A stretch of 64,000 nucleotides of DNA, taken from contig JAYVZG010000038.1 of assembly GCA_043783565.1 (NCBI GenBank), forward strand, positions 3,069-67,068, given 5' to 3'. This stretch comes from Flavobacterium sp. Its GTDB lineage: Bacteria > Bacteroidota > Bacteroidia > Flavobacteriales > Flavobacteriaceae. Under the pieces are notes generated by a model, which ran no database searches, was not told where the DNA came from, and saw nothing but the letters and a program-made list of their open reading frames with translations. Position numbers and translations under genes: made by a program. Every line of letters starts with the position of its first letter. The first letter of the stretch is position 1. Below, one piece after another: positions 29,483 through 38,528 of the stretch.

Positions 29483-32326
29483 TTGAAAACCACCCTACTC
29501 AAGTATCTTTTTATAGTTAGTTTCTTCCTTTTTTTGATAGCTTGTTCTGTTAAAAAGAATACTTTTATATCTCGAAATTCGCATGCTTTAAGCACGAAAG
29601 ATAACATATTATATAATGGAAGTTTGGCATTAGACAAAGGGATTTTGGAATTGAAATCGCAATATCAAGATAACTTTTGGGAACTTTTACCAATAGAAAG
29701 AATGCAGGTAAAAAAAGAAAATATTTTACCTGGTGAAAAACCACCTAATCCAAATTTTGAAAGAGCGGAAACGAAAGCGACAAAAGCGATTCAAAAACAC
29801 TCTATGAATATTGGAGGTGCTGAGAAAAACTACCAAATGGACGAAGCTCACTTATTATTAGGGAAATCAAGATATTATGATCAAAGATTTGTTCCTGCTT
29901 TGGAAGCATTTAATTATATTTTATACAAACATTCGAATAGCAATAAAATCAATGAAGCGAAGATTTGGAGAGAAAAAACAAATATGCGTTTAGAAAATGA
30001 TGCTGTTGCTGTTGAAAATTTGAGTAATTTATTAAAAGAAATAAAATATAAAGATCAAATTTTCGCAGATGCAAATGCAACACTTACACAAGCTTTTTTG
30101 AATTTAGGAGAAAAGGACAGTGCCATTGCGAAACTTAAATTAGCCAAAGAATTTACCAAATCAAAAGAGGAGCGAGCACGTTATCGTTTTATTTTGGGAC
30201 AACTTTACGAGCAATTAGGTTATAAAGACAGTGCGTTTGCGTCGTATCAATCCATAATTGATATGAAAAGAAAAGCTGCAAAACAGTACGTAATCCACGC
30301 ACATATTCGTCAAGCAAATCTTCATGATTTTGAAAATGGAGATACCTTAGCATTTCTTAAAAAATACAACAAATTACTTAAAGACAGAGAAAACCGTCCT
30401 TATTTGAACTTTATCAATCATCAAATGGGATTGTTTTATGATAAAAACAAAAATGACTCATTGGCTAAAAAATATTATAACGTTTCTTTAAACACGAAAG
30501 TTGTAGACAAATATTTAGTGGCTTCTAATTACAGAAATCTTGCGGATATTTATTTTAAAAACGCAAAATATGTAATTGCGGGGAAATATTATGACAGCAC
30601 ATTGGTTCAGCTAGAACCTCGATCAAGAGAGCATCGGTTTATACAAAAGAAAAGAGAAAATCTTGTAGATGTAATCAAATATGAAGGTATAGCTTCAAGA
30701 AACGACAGTATTCTTAAGGTTTATTTTATGTCGGATACAGACAAAATTAGCTATTACGAAGACTTTATTTCTAAATTAAAAAAAGCAGAGGAGAAAAAAC
30801 TTTTACTAGAAAAAGAAGCTAAAGACAAACAAGAATCTAATGGTGATTCTCAAGACGGTGGAGACAAAAATGGAAAAGACGATAACAAAGATCCTTCTGT
30901 TGCATCTAAAAAAGCACCGCCTTCTTCTCCAGATTCAAATAGTGCTTCGTCGTCTGCAGGGAATAGCAATTTTTATTTTTATAATCCATCTACTGTAGCT
31001 TTTGGGAAATCAGAGTTTAAAAAGAAATGGGGAGACAGAGCCTATAAAGAAAATTGGAGAATATCTCAAAACAAAACCAATACAATCGAGTCTGGTGATG
31101 ACAATGTAGATAAGGAAAAAGACGAAAAAATTGATAAAGAAAAAAGTGATAAACTAGCAGAAAAATACACTTCTGATTTTTACATAAAACAATTGCCGTC
31201 ATCACAGAAAGCGATAGATAGTATAGCAAAAGAACGCAATTTCGCGTATTATCAATTAGGAGTTATTTATAAAGAGAAATTTAAAGAATACAAATTAGCC
31301 GCCTCTAAACTAGAGACTTTATTAACAAATAAACCTGAAGAAAGATTGATTTTACCTACGATGTATAACTTATATAAGTTGTATGATATTTTAGATAAAG
31401 ACAAAGCTTTGGCAATGAAAAACAGAATCATAAATGAATTTCCAGATTCTCGTTATGCACAAATTTTAGGAAACCCTAACGGAGCAGGCAATTCTTTAAC
31501 AGATTCACCTGAAGCTAATTATGACAAAATTTTTAAACAGTTTCAATCGGGAGATATTAAAGCATCGTTAACTAATTTAAACCTAGCGATAGATCAATTT
31601 AACGGGGAAGAAATTGTCCCTAAATTTGAATTATTAAAAGCTAATAATATAGGAAGATTAAAAGGATTGGAAGAATATAAAAAGACACTCAATTTTGTAG
31701 CTTTGAATTACCCAAATAGTGATGAAGGAAAATTTGCGGAAGAACTTCTAAAAACCAATGTTCCGACATTAGAAAGTTTAAAATTTTATGAAGAGAAACC
31801 TTTAAGCTGGAAGATTTTATACAAATCAGACAACCCAGAGGATAAAAACACAAAAATACTACAAGATAAAATCAAAAAATTCATTACCGAAAGAAGTTTA
31901 GACAGGCTTACTATGTCGTATGACATTTATACCATGGATAAAAACTTTACAGTAATTCATGGATTAAAAGATCTTGAATATGCAAAAGGAATTGCTTCGA
32001 TTTTAAAAGAATTTAAAGAATATAAAATAGCAGAAACGGCTTATATCATTTCTAACTCAAACTATAAAATTGTTCAAATAAAGAAAAATTTTGAAGAGTA
32101 TTTAACCACTCCAGCTTCTGACCCGTTGCCTCCTAAGGCATATGTGCCTAAAGCAAAACCAAATGTTTCAAAAGACGAAAAGAACACTAATGAAAGACCA
32201 AAACTAATAAGACAGGAAGAAATAGAAAACAATCCTTCACAACAATTCAATCAGTTACCGCCTGGATTACCAAGTACACCTGGATTTGTTCCTAAGGACA
32301 AAGGGACAAGTGGTGAAAAAAAATAA
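29483..32326 (+). CDS. sprE: TPR lipoprotein SprE/PorW (T9SS and gliding motility)
   Basis: Likely TTG start giving lipobox LIAC; TPRs; FYFYN..VAFGK.EF...WG.R...NWR; upstream of bactofilin and atp genes as recalled for F. johnsoniae. Confidence 0.8.
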   Translation: MKTTLLKYLFIVSFFLFLIACSVKKNTFISRNSHALSTKDNILYNGSLALDKGILELKSQYQDNFWELLPIERMQVKKENILPGEKPPNPNFERAETKATKAIQKHSMNIGGAEKNYQMDEAHLLLGKSRYYDQRFVPALEAFNYILYKHSNSNKINEAKIWREKTNMRLENDAVAVENLSNLLKEIKYKDQIFADANATLTQAFLNLGEKDSAIAKLKLAKEFTKSKEERARYRFILGQLYEQLGYKDSAFASYQSIIDMKRKAAKQYVIHAHIRQANLHDFENGDTLAFLKKYNKLLKDRENRPYLNFINHQMGLFYDKNKNDSLAKKYYNVSLNTKVVDKYLVASNYRNLADIYFKNAKYVIAGKYYDSTLVQLEPRSREHRFIQKKRENLVDVIKYEGIASRNDSILKVYFMSDTDKISYYEDFISKLKKAEEKKLLLEKEAKDKQESNGDSQDGGDKNGKDDNKDPSVASKKAPPSSPDSNSASSSAGNSNFYFYNPSTVAFGKSEFKKKWGDRAYKENWRISQNKTNTIESGDDNVDKEKDEKIDKEKSDKLAEKYTSDFYIKQLPSSQKAIDSIAKERNFAYYQLGVIYKEKFKEYKLAASKLETLLTNKPEERLILPTMYNLYKLYDILDKDKALAMKNRIINEFPDSRYAQILGNPNGAGNSLTDSPEANYDKIFKQFQSGDIKASLTNLNLAIDQFNGEEIVPKFELLKANNIGRLKGLEEYKKTLNFVALNYPNSDEGKFAEELLKTNVPTLESLKFYEEKPLSWKILYKSDNPEDKNTKILQDKIKKFITERSLDRLTMSYDIYTMDKNFTVIHGLKDLEYAKGIASILKEFKEYKIAETAYIISNSNYKIVQIKKNFEEYLTTPASDPLPPKAYVPKAKPNVSKDEKNTNERPKLIRQEEIENNPSQQFNQLPPGLPSTPGFVPKDKGTSGEKK

Positions 32327-32329
32327 AGT

Positions 32330-32734
32330 ATGTTTGATAAAAAACCAAAATCATATACTGACTTGTTGGGTAAAACCAACAGAATTGTAGAAGGAACCTT
32401 AATCAAAGGAAATATTCTTTCGCAAGCCGATTTTAGATTAGACGGAGATTTAGTAGGTAATTTCCAATCCAACGGAAAAATAGTTATTGGTCCAGCAGGA
32501 AGTGTCAAAGGTGATATTGTTTGCAAAAATGCTGATATAGAAGGAAAGTTTGAAGGAAAAATACAGGTGGCAGAGATATTAAATATCAAATCGAAAGCTA
32601 GTATTCACGGAGAAGTAGTTTGTGGTAAACTTTCTGTAGAACCTGGAGCTGAGTTTAGTGCTACTTGCATCATGAAAACAAATCAAAAAATAGTATCTCC
32701 GAATGAACCAACAGAAGAAAAAACGGCCGAATAA
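32330..32734 (+). CDS. Bactofilin (polymer-forming cytoskeletal protein)
   Basis: Repeated I.G.I / RLDG / IEGKFEG beta-helix pattern; LSVEPGA. Confidence 0.9.
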   Translation: MFDKKPKSYTDLLGKTNRIVEGTLIKGNILSQADFRLDGDLVGNFQSNGKIVIGPAGSVKGDIVCKNADIEGKFEGKIQVAEILNIKSKASIHGEVVCGKLSVEPGAEFSATCIMKTNQKIVSPNEPTEEKTAE

Positions 32735-32930
32735 ATGGTTGTCATTGATTAATATTCCTATTCAAATGGGAGTTATAATTTATCTTTTTTCTTTTTTTGG
32801 AGGTTGGTTAGATCAAAAATTCCCGAATAGCCATGCTGTTTATTTAAAAGGAATGACTTTATTAGGTGTTGCTATTGCTTTTTACAATTTAAACCGTCAA
32901 TTAAAAGATATTAATTCTTCAGAAGAATAA
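32703..32930 (+). CDS. AtpZ/AtpI family small membrane protein
   Basis: Two TM segments with GGWLD; upstream of the atp genes. Confidence 0.8.
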   Translation: MNQQKKKRPNKWLSLINIPIQMGVIIYLFSFFGGWLDQKFPNSHAVYLKGMTLLGVAIAFYNLNRQLKDINSSEE

Positions 32931-32936
32931 TTTATT

Positions 32937-33338
32937 ATGAATCTCAAACAATATCAATCTATTCTAAATCTTTTGCTGTTTTCGGGAATTTCTTTACTAG
33001 TTCATGAATGCTTTTTTTATATTATTGGATGGAATCAAGTTGAACCTTTATTTGTTTATTCCTTACCCAGATTATATTCCTTCTTCTTTTTATTGTCAGC
33101 CGTAATCCTATTTATTTTAATAAAAGTAAATCAAGTAAGCTCAACGCATGTTGGTTTAACTTTTATATTGTTGACAACTTTTAAAATGGGAATTGCCTAT
33201 GTTTTTTTGAAACCAATTCTAAAAGTAAATCTTTCTCATTCAGGATTGGAAAAAATAAACTTCCTACTCATTTTTTTATTGTTTTTAGCAATTGAAACCC
33301 TTATTACGATTCGATTAATAAACAATAAACAAGAATAG
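32937..33338 (+). CDS. 4-TM membrane protein (DUF6168/AtpI-like)
   Basis: Four hydrophobic helices; immediately before atpB. Confidence 0.6.
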   Translation: MNLKQYQSILNLLLFSGISLLVHECFFYIIGWNQVEPLFVYSLPRLYSFFFLLSAVILFILIKVNQVSSTHVGLTFILLTTFKMGIAYVFLKPILKVNLSHSGLEKINFLLIFLLFLAIETLITIRLINNKQE

Positions 33339-33402
33339 CACTCTAAAACTAAATGTTCTTCAAAAAAGTGTTTTTTAAACTTGTGGTGTTTAATAAAAAA
33401 TG

Positions 33403-33410
33403 TACATTTG
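33403..33410 (+). promoter_or_regulatory. atpB promoter -7 box (with TTG -33 at 33381)
   Basis: TACATTTG with an upstream TTG at a spacing typical of Bacteroidota. Confidence 0.65.
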
Positions 33411-33451
33411 CACCAAATTTCAGAAAACAAAATCCTAGACATTCAATAGAT

Positions 33452-34591
33452 ATGGTGCTTTCTAATAAACCGCTTCAATTTATAGTAGCAATTTTAATCG
33501 CTTTTCTTCCTTTATTTTCATTTGCAAATCCAACGGATACATTACAAGTTAGTCATGAATCCTATGAAGTTGTAGCTAAAGAAATTAAAGTTGTTGATGA
33601 AAAAGCAGAGATCAAAGCACAAATTGATGAAGTAAAAAATCATCACGTATTGGATGGTCATGAGTTTTCTCTTTTTGAAGACGCTGAAACGGGAGCTCAC
33701 TATGGATTTCCATTACCAATCATACTTTGGGATAATGGAATTCACTTTTTTTCTTCTTCTAAATTTAATCATGGTGAAAGTGTCGCTGAAAGCAACGGGA
33801 ACTATTACAAATTACATCACGAAAAAATATATAAAACAAATGCTTCTGGAACCTTAACAGAAGATCATCATCACCACCCAACCAACGCTCAACCAATTGA
33901 TTTTTCTATTACCAAAGGAGTGTTAACCATTATGATTGTTGCTTTATTAATGTTCTTATTGTTTTCTAGCTTAGGAAGATCTTATGCTAAAAACGGAGGT
34001 GTTTCTGCAGGAGTGGGTCGTTTCTTCGAACCAATTGTATTATACGTTCGAGATGAAATAGCGATTCCAAATATTGGAGAAAAACATTACAAGAAATACA
34101 TGAGTCATTTATTAACCGTGTTTTTCTTTATATGGTTTTTAAATATTTTCGGATTAACACCACTAGGAATAAATGTTACTGGAAATATCGCAATTACATT
34201 TGGATTGGCAGTGATTACTTTTTTAATCACGAATCTTTCCGCCAATAAAAATTACTGGGGACACATTTTCTGGATGCCAGGTGTGCCAACTCCAATGAAA
34301 ATAATCTTAGCTCCAATCGAATTAATGGGATTAGTAATCAAACCATTCGCATTAATGATACGTTTGTATGCAAACATGTTTGCAGGGCACATCGTTTTGA
34401 TGAGTTTAATTGGTTTGATGTTTATATTCAAAAGTTGGGTTGGAAGTAGCTTGTCTTTCGTATTGTCCTTTATGATTTCTATTATTGAAATTTTAGTTGC
34501 CTTATTACAGGCGTATATTTTTACAATTTTGACAGCATTGTATTTTGGTTCTGCTGTTCAAGAGCATCATCATGACGAGGAAGCTCACTAA
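33452..34591 (+). CDS. atpB: ATP synthase F0 subunit a
   Basis: KPFALMIRLYANMFAGH, LQAYIF; start moved to MVLSNK at 33452. Confidence 0.95.
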   Translation: MVLSNKPLQFIVAILIAFLPLFSFANPTDTLQVSHESYEVVAKEIKVVDEKAEIKAQIDEVKNHHVLDGHEFSLFEDAETGAHYGFPLPIILWDNGIHFFSSSKFNHGESVAESNGNYYKLHHEKIYKTNASGTLTEDHHHHPTNAQPIDFSITKGVLTIMIVALLMFLLFSSLGRSYAKNGGVSAGVGRFFEPIVLYVRDEIAIPNIGEKHYKKYMSHLLTVFFFIWFLNIFGLTPLGINVTGNIAITFGLAVITFLITNLSANKNYWGHIFWMPGVPTPMKIILAPIELMGLVIKPFALMIRLYANMFAGHIVLMSLIGLMFIFKSWVGSSLSFVLSFMISIIEILVALLQAYIFTILTALYFGSAVQEHHHDEEAH

Positions 34592-34624
34592 AAAAAGAAT
34601 GTTTAATTTTTAATACATATATTT

Positions 34625-34825
34625 ATGAACATGCCAAGAATTATTGGAGCAGGATTAGTAGTAATCGGAGTTGGAATTGGTGTTGGTAGAATTGGTGGTT
34701 CAGCAATGGACGCAATTGCACGTCAACCAGACTCTTATGGGAAAATCCAAACAGCTATGCTTATTGCAGCAGCTCTTGTTGAAGGAATCGGATTTGCAGC
34801 TTTATTTGCAGTATCAGAAAACTAG
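34625..34825 (+). CDS. atpE: ATP synthase F0 subunit c
   Basis: GxGxGxG, ARQP, ALVEG. Confidence 0.95.
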   Translation: MNMPRIIGAGLVVIGVGIGVGRIGGSAMDAIARQPDSYGKIQTAMLIAAALVEGIGFAALFAVSEN

Positions 34826-34833
34826 AAAAGACA

Positions 34834-34866
34834 AATAGCTGCAACGGTTGGTTGCAGCTATTGTTT
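34834..34866 (+). terminator. atpE-atpF stem-loop (partial terminator or mRNA stabiliser)
   Basis: 12-bp stem AATAGCTGCAAC / GTTGCAGCTATT, loop GGTTG, then GTTTT. Confidence 0.7.
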
Positions 34867-34906
34867 TAAAATTACATTAAAAAAAGACTATAATTACATA
34901 CATACT

Positions 34907-35407
34907 ATGGATAAGTTAATAAATGATTTTTCGTTTGGTTTGTTTTTTTGGCAGACAATAATTTTCGTTGGATTAATTCTCCTTTTGAAAAAATTTGCAT
35001 GGAAACCTATTCTTGATGCAGTTAACGAAAGAGAAGAAGGAATTAAAAACGCTTTGCTTTCTGCTGCTAATGCAAAAAAAGAAATGCAAAATTTACAATC
35101 TGACAACCAACGTATTTTACAGGAAGCTAGATTAGAAAGAGATACGATGCTTAAAGAAGCTCGTGAAATGAAAGAGAAAGTAATTGCAGACTCTAAAACT
35201 GAAGCGCAAGCACAAGGTTTGAAAATGATCGAACAAGCGAAAGCTGCTATTCAAAGCGAAAAAAATGCAGCTATGGCTGAATTGAAATCACAAGTGTCAA
35301 CGTTGTCTCTAGAAATTGCTGAAAAATTATTAAAAGACGAATTATCTAACAAAGAAGCTCAAGTAAAATTGGTGGAAAAAATGTTAGGTGACGCTAAATT
35401 AAACTAA
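34907..35407 (+). CDS. atpF: ATP synthase F0 subunit b
   Basis: N-terminal TM, FAWKPI, coiled coil. Confidence 0.95.
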   Translation: MDKLINDFSFGLFFWQTIIFVGLILLLKKFAWKPILDAVNEREEGIKNALLSAANAKKEMQNLQSDNQRILQEARLERDTMLKEAREMKEKVIADSKTEAQAQGLKMIEQAKAAIQSEKNAAMAELKSQVSTLSLEIAEKLLKDELSNKEAQVKLVEKMLGDAKLN

Positions 35408-35408
35408 A

Positions 35409-35942
35409 ATGGCAGGTACAAGAGCAGCAATTCGTTACGCCAAAGCAATCCTAGATATCGCAAATGATAAAGGTGTTGCCGAAGCGGTGAATAATGACAT
35501 GAATTCCATTGCATCTACTATTTCTAGTAATTTAGAATTAAGTACATTCATTCAAAATCCAACAACCAAAGTTGAGGTTAAAGAAAGTGCTTTATTAGAA
35601 GTTTTTGCTGGAGTAAATGGAGTTACTAAAAGTTTGTTTCATTTATTATTTGAAAACAAAAGATTTGAAATTTTAGGAGCCATTGCTTCTGAATACAATC
35701 AACTTTTTGACGAAATGAATGGGGTTGAAGTAGCCAAAGTTACTACTGCTGTTCCTATGGATGCTGCATTAGAAGCTAAAGTTTTGGCTAAAGTGTCGAC
35801 ACTTTCAAATAAAAAAATCACAATCGAAAATATAGTAGACGCTTCAATCATCGGAGGGTTTATTTTAAGAATAGGCGATCAGCAATACAACGCTTCTATC
35901 GCAAACAGATTACAAGTATTAAAAAGAGAATTAAGTAACTAG
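35409..35942 (+). CDS. atpH: ATP synthase F1 subunit delta
   Basis: RYAKA, VD.SIIGG. Confidence 0.95.
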   Translation: MAGTRAAIRYAKAILDIANDKGVAEAVNNDMNSIASTISSNLELSTFIQNPTTKVEVKESALLEVFAGVNGVTKSLFHLLFENKRFEILGAIASEYNQLFDEMNGVEVAKVTTAVPMDAALEAKVLAKVSTLSNKKITIENIVDASIIGGFILRIGDQQYNASIANRLQVLKRELSN

Positions 35943-35958
35943 TTATTTATAAATAATT

Positions 35959-37536
35959 ATGGCGGAAATTAAACCTGCTGAAATATCAGCAATATTAAAA
36001 AAGCAAGTAGAGAGTTTTGAATCTGGTGCTACTTTAGAAGAAGTTGGTTCAGTTTTAAACGTTGGAGATGGTATTGCTCGTGTTTACGGGTTATCAAATG
36101 TTCAATATGGTGAACTTGTAGAATTCGATAACGGATTAGAAGGTATCGTTTTGAATCTTGAAGAAGACAATGTAGGTGTCGTTTTATTAGGACCATCAAC
36201 AGGAATCAAAGAAGGTTCAACTGCAAAAAGAACACAACGAATTGCTTCACTTAAAGCGGGTGAACAAATGGTAGGTCGTGTTGTCAACACACTTGGTTTT
36301 CCAATTGATGGAAAAGGACCAATCGGTGGAGATTTATATGAAATGCCTTTAGAAAGAAAAGCTCCTGGAGTTATCTTCCGTCAGCCAGTTACCGAACCAT
36401 TACAAACAGGAGTAAAAGCAGTAGACGCTATGATTCCAGTAGGTCGTGGACAACGTGAGCTAGTTATTGGTGACCGTCAAACTGGTAAATCTACCGTTTG
36501 TTTGGATACCATTTTAAATCAAAAAGAATTTTACGATGCTGGAAAACCAGTATTCTGTATATACGTAGCGATTGGACAAAAAGCGTCTACAGTTGCTGGA
36601 ATTGCTAAAATGTTAGAAGAGAAAGGAGCTATGGCATATACCGTTATCGTAGCTGCTAACGCTTCAGATCCCGCTCCAATGCAAGTATATGCTCCATTCG
36701 CAGGTGCTGCAATTGGAGAATATTTTAGAGATTCAGGTCGTCCTGCTTTAATTGTTTATGATGATTTATCGAAACAAGCAGTAGCATATCGTGAAGTTTC
36801 TCTTTTGTTAAGAAGACCACCGGGACGTGAAGCTTATCCTGGAGACGTTTTCTACTTACACTCTCGTTTATTAGAAAGAGCTTGTAAAGTAATCGCTAAT
36901 GATGAGATTGCTAAAAACATGAACGATTTACCAGATTCATTAAAAGGTATCGTAAAAGGTGGAGGTTCATTAACGGCTTTACCAATTATCGAAACTCAAG
37001 CGGGTGACGTTTCTGCCTATATTCCAACTAACGTAATCTCGATTACAGATGGACAAATTTTCTTGGATGGAGATTTGTTTAACTCTGGAGTTCGTCCAGC
37101 AATCAACGTAGGTATTTCGGTATCTCGTGTAGGAGGAAATGCTCAAATTAAATCAATGAAAAAAGTAGCGGGAACGTTAAAATTAGATCAAGCACAATTC
37201 CGTGAATTGGAAGCGTTTGCGAAATTCGGTTCTGACTTAGATGCGGTTACTTTAAATGTAATTGAAAAAGGAAGAAGAAATGTTGAAATCCTAAAACAAG
37301 GATTAAACAGCCCTTATACTGTTGAAAATCAAGTAGCAATTATCTATGCAGGTTCTAAAAACTTGTTGAGAAATGTTCCTGTAAATAAAGTAAAAGAATT
37401 CGAAAAAGATTTCTTAGATTACTTAAACAACAAACATAGAGATACATTAGATGCTTTGAAAGCAGGTAAATTAGATGATAAAATTACTGATATCATCGAA
37501 AATGCAGCTAAAGAAATTTCAGCAAAATACAACTAG
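35959..37536 (+). CDS. atpA: ATP synthase F1 subunit alpha
   Basis: [26 protein letters not shown]. Confidence 0.99.
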   Translation: MAEIKPAEISAILKKQVESFESGATLEEVGSVLNVGDGIARVYGLSNVQYGELVEFDNGLEGIVLNLEEDNVGVVLLGPSTGIKEGSTAKRTQRIASLKAGEQMVGRVVNTLGFPIDGKGPIGGDLYEMPLERKAPGVIFRQPVTEPLQTGVKAVDAMIPVGRGQRELVIGDRQTGKSTVCLDTILNQKEFYDAGKPVFCIYVAIGQKASTVAGIAKMLEEKGAMAYTVIVAANASDPAPMQVYAPFAGAAIGEYFRDSGRPALIVYDDLSKQAVAYREVSLLLRRPPGREAYPGDVFYLHSRLLERACKVIANDEIAKNMNDLPDSLKGIVKGGGSLTALPIIETQAGDVSAYIPTNVISITDGQIFLDGDLFNSGVRPAINVGISVSRVGGNAQIKSMKKVAGTLKLDQAQFRELEAFAKFGSDLDAVTLNVIEKGRRNVEILKQGLNSPYTVENQVAIIYAGSKNLLRNVPVNKVKEFEKDFLDYLNNKHRDTLDALKAGKLDDKITDIIENAAKEISAKYN

Positions 37537-37605
37537 AATTATTTTAAGTTTTGAATTATAAATTTTAAATGGGTTCCATAATTTATAATTCAAAATTTAT
37601 AATTT
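37537..37605. repeat. AT-rich heptamer-period inverted repeat between atpA and atpG
   Basis: Perfect 16-bp arms TTTTGAATTATAAATT (37549-37564) / AATTTATAATTCAAAA (37580-37595). Confidence 0.8.
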
Positions 37606-37617
37606 AATATAATAAAA

Positions 37618-38478
37618 ATGGCAAACTTAAAGGAAATCCGTAATAGAATTACTTCCGTTTCATCTACGATGCAAATCACATCGGCGATGAAAATGGTTTC
37701 TGCCGCAAAGCTAAAAAAAGCACAAGATGCTATTACAGCCATGCGACCTTATGCCGAAAAATTAACGGAATTATTGCAAAACCTTTCTGCAACACTTGAT
37801 AGTGATACAGGAGGAGAATACACCAAACAAAGAGAAATCAAGAAAGTTTTGGTGATTGCAGTAACTTCTAACCGTGGATTATGTGGTGCTTTTAATACCA
37901 ACGTCATTAAAGAAGTAAAAAGCAGAGCTGAATTCTATGCAGGAAAGCAAGTAGAAGTCTTCGCTATCGGAAAAAAAGGAAATGATATTTTAAAGAAAAC
38001 ACTAACGATTAGTGATAATCAAAGTGGTATTTTTGATGAACTTACTTTTGATAATGTAGCTACAATTGCTGAAGCATTAACAGCTAAGTTTATTTCTGGA
38101 GAATACGACAGAATCGAATTGGTTTACAATCAGTTTAAAAATGCGGCTACTCAAATTATTCAAACCGAACAATTTTTACCTTTAGCTCCAATAGTTTCTG
38201 ATAAAGTAGTTTCTACAGGAGATTATATTTTTGAACCATCAAAAGAAGAAATCGTTTTAACCTTAATCCCAAAATCGCTAAAAACACAATTGTACAAAGC
38301 GATTAGAGATTCATTTGCTTCAGAACACGGCGCTCGTATGACTGCTATGCACAAAGCAACGGATAACGCTACTGAATTGAGGGATCAATTGAAATTAACT
38401 TACAACAAAGCACGTCAAGCTTCGATTACTAACGAAATCCTAGAGATTGTTGGTGGAGCAGAAGCTTTGAATGGATAA
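37618..38478 (+). CDS. atpG: ATP synthase F1 subunit gamma
   Basis: ITSAMKMV, RGLCGAFN, ARQASITNEILE. Confidence 0.98.
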   Translation: MANLKEIRNRITSVSSTMQITSAMKMVSAAKLKKAQDAITAMRPYAEKLTELLQNLSATLDSDTGGEYTKQREIKKVLVIAVTSNRGLCGAFNTNVIKEVKSRAEFYAGKQVEVFAIGKKGNDILKKTLTISDNQSGIFDELTFDNVATIAEALTAKFISGEYDRIELVYNQFKNAATQIIQTEQFLPLAPIVSDKVVSTGDYIFEPSKEEIVLTLIPKSLKTQLYKAIRDSFASEHGARMTAMHKATDNATELRDQLKLTYNKARQASITNEILEIVGGAEALNG

Positions 38479-38499
38479 AAAATAGAATAAGAATAGGAT

Positions 38500-38528
38500 A
38501 AAGCCAGTTCGTAGAGCTGGCTTTTTTT
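38500..38528. terminator. Terminator between convergent atpG and peptidase genes
   Basis: AAAGCCAGTTC-gta-GAGCTGGCTTT followed by a T-run. Confidence 0.85.

Noticed and set aside
30780-30970. Low-complexity D/G/S/K stretch in sprE
   Set aside because: Ordinary disordered linker; no DNA-level tandem repeat
33452-38478. Missing atpD/atpC as a defective ATP synthase
   Set aside because: Flavobacteria normally encode beta and epsilon elsewhere; not evidence of loss
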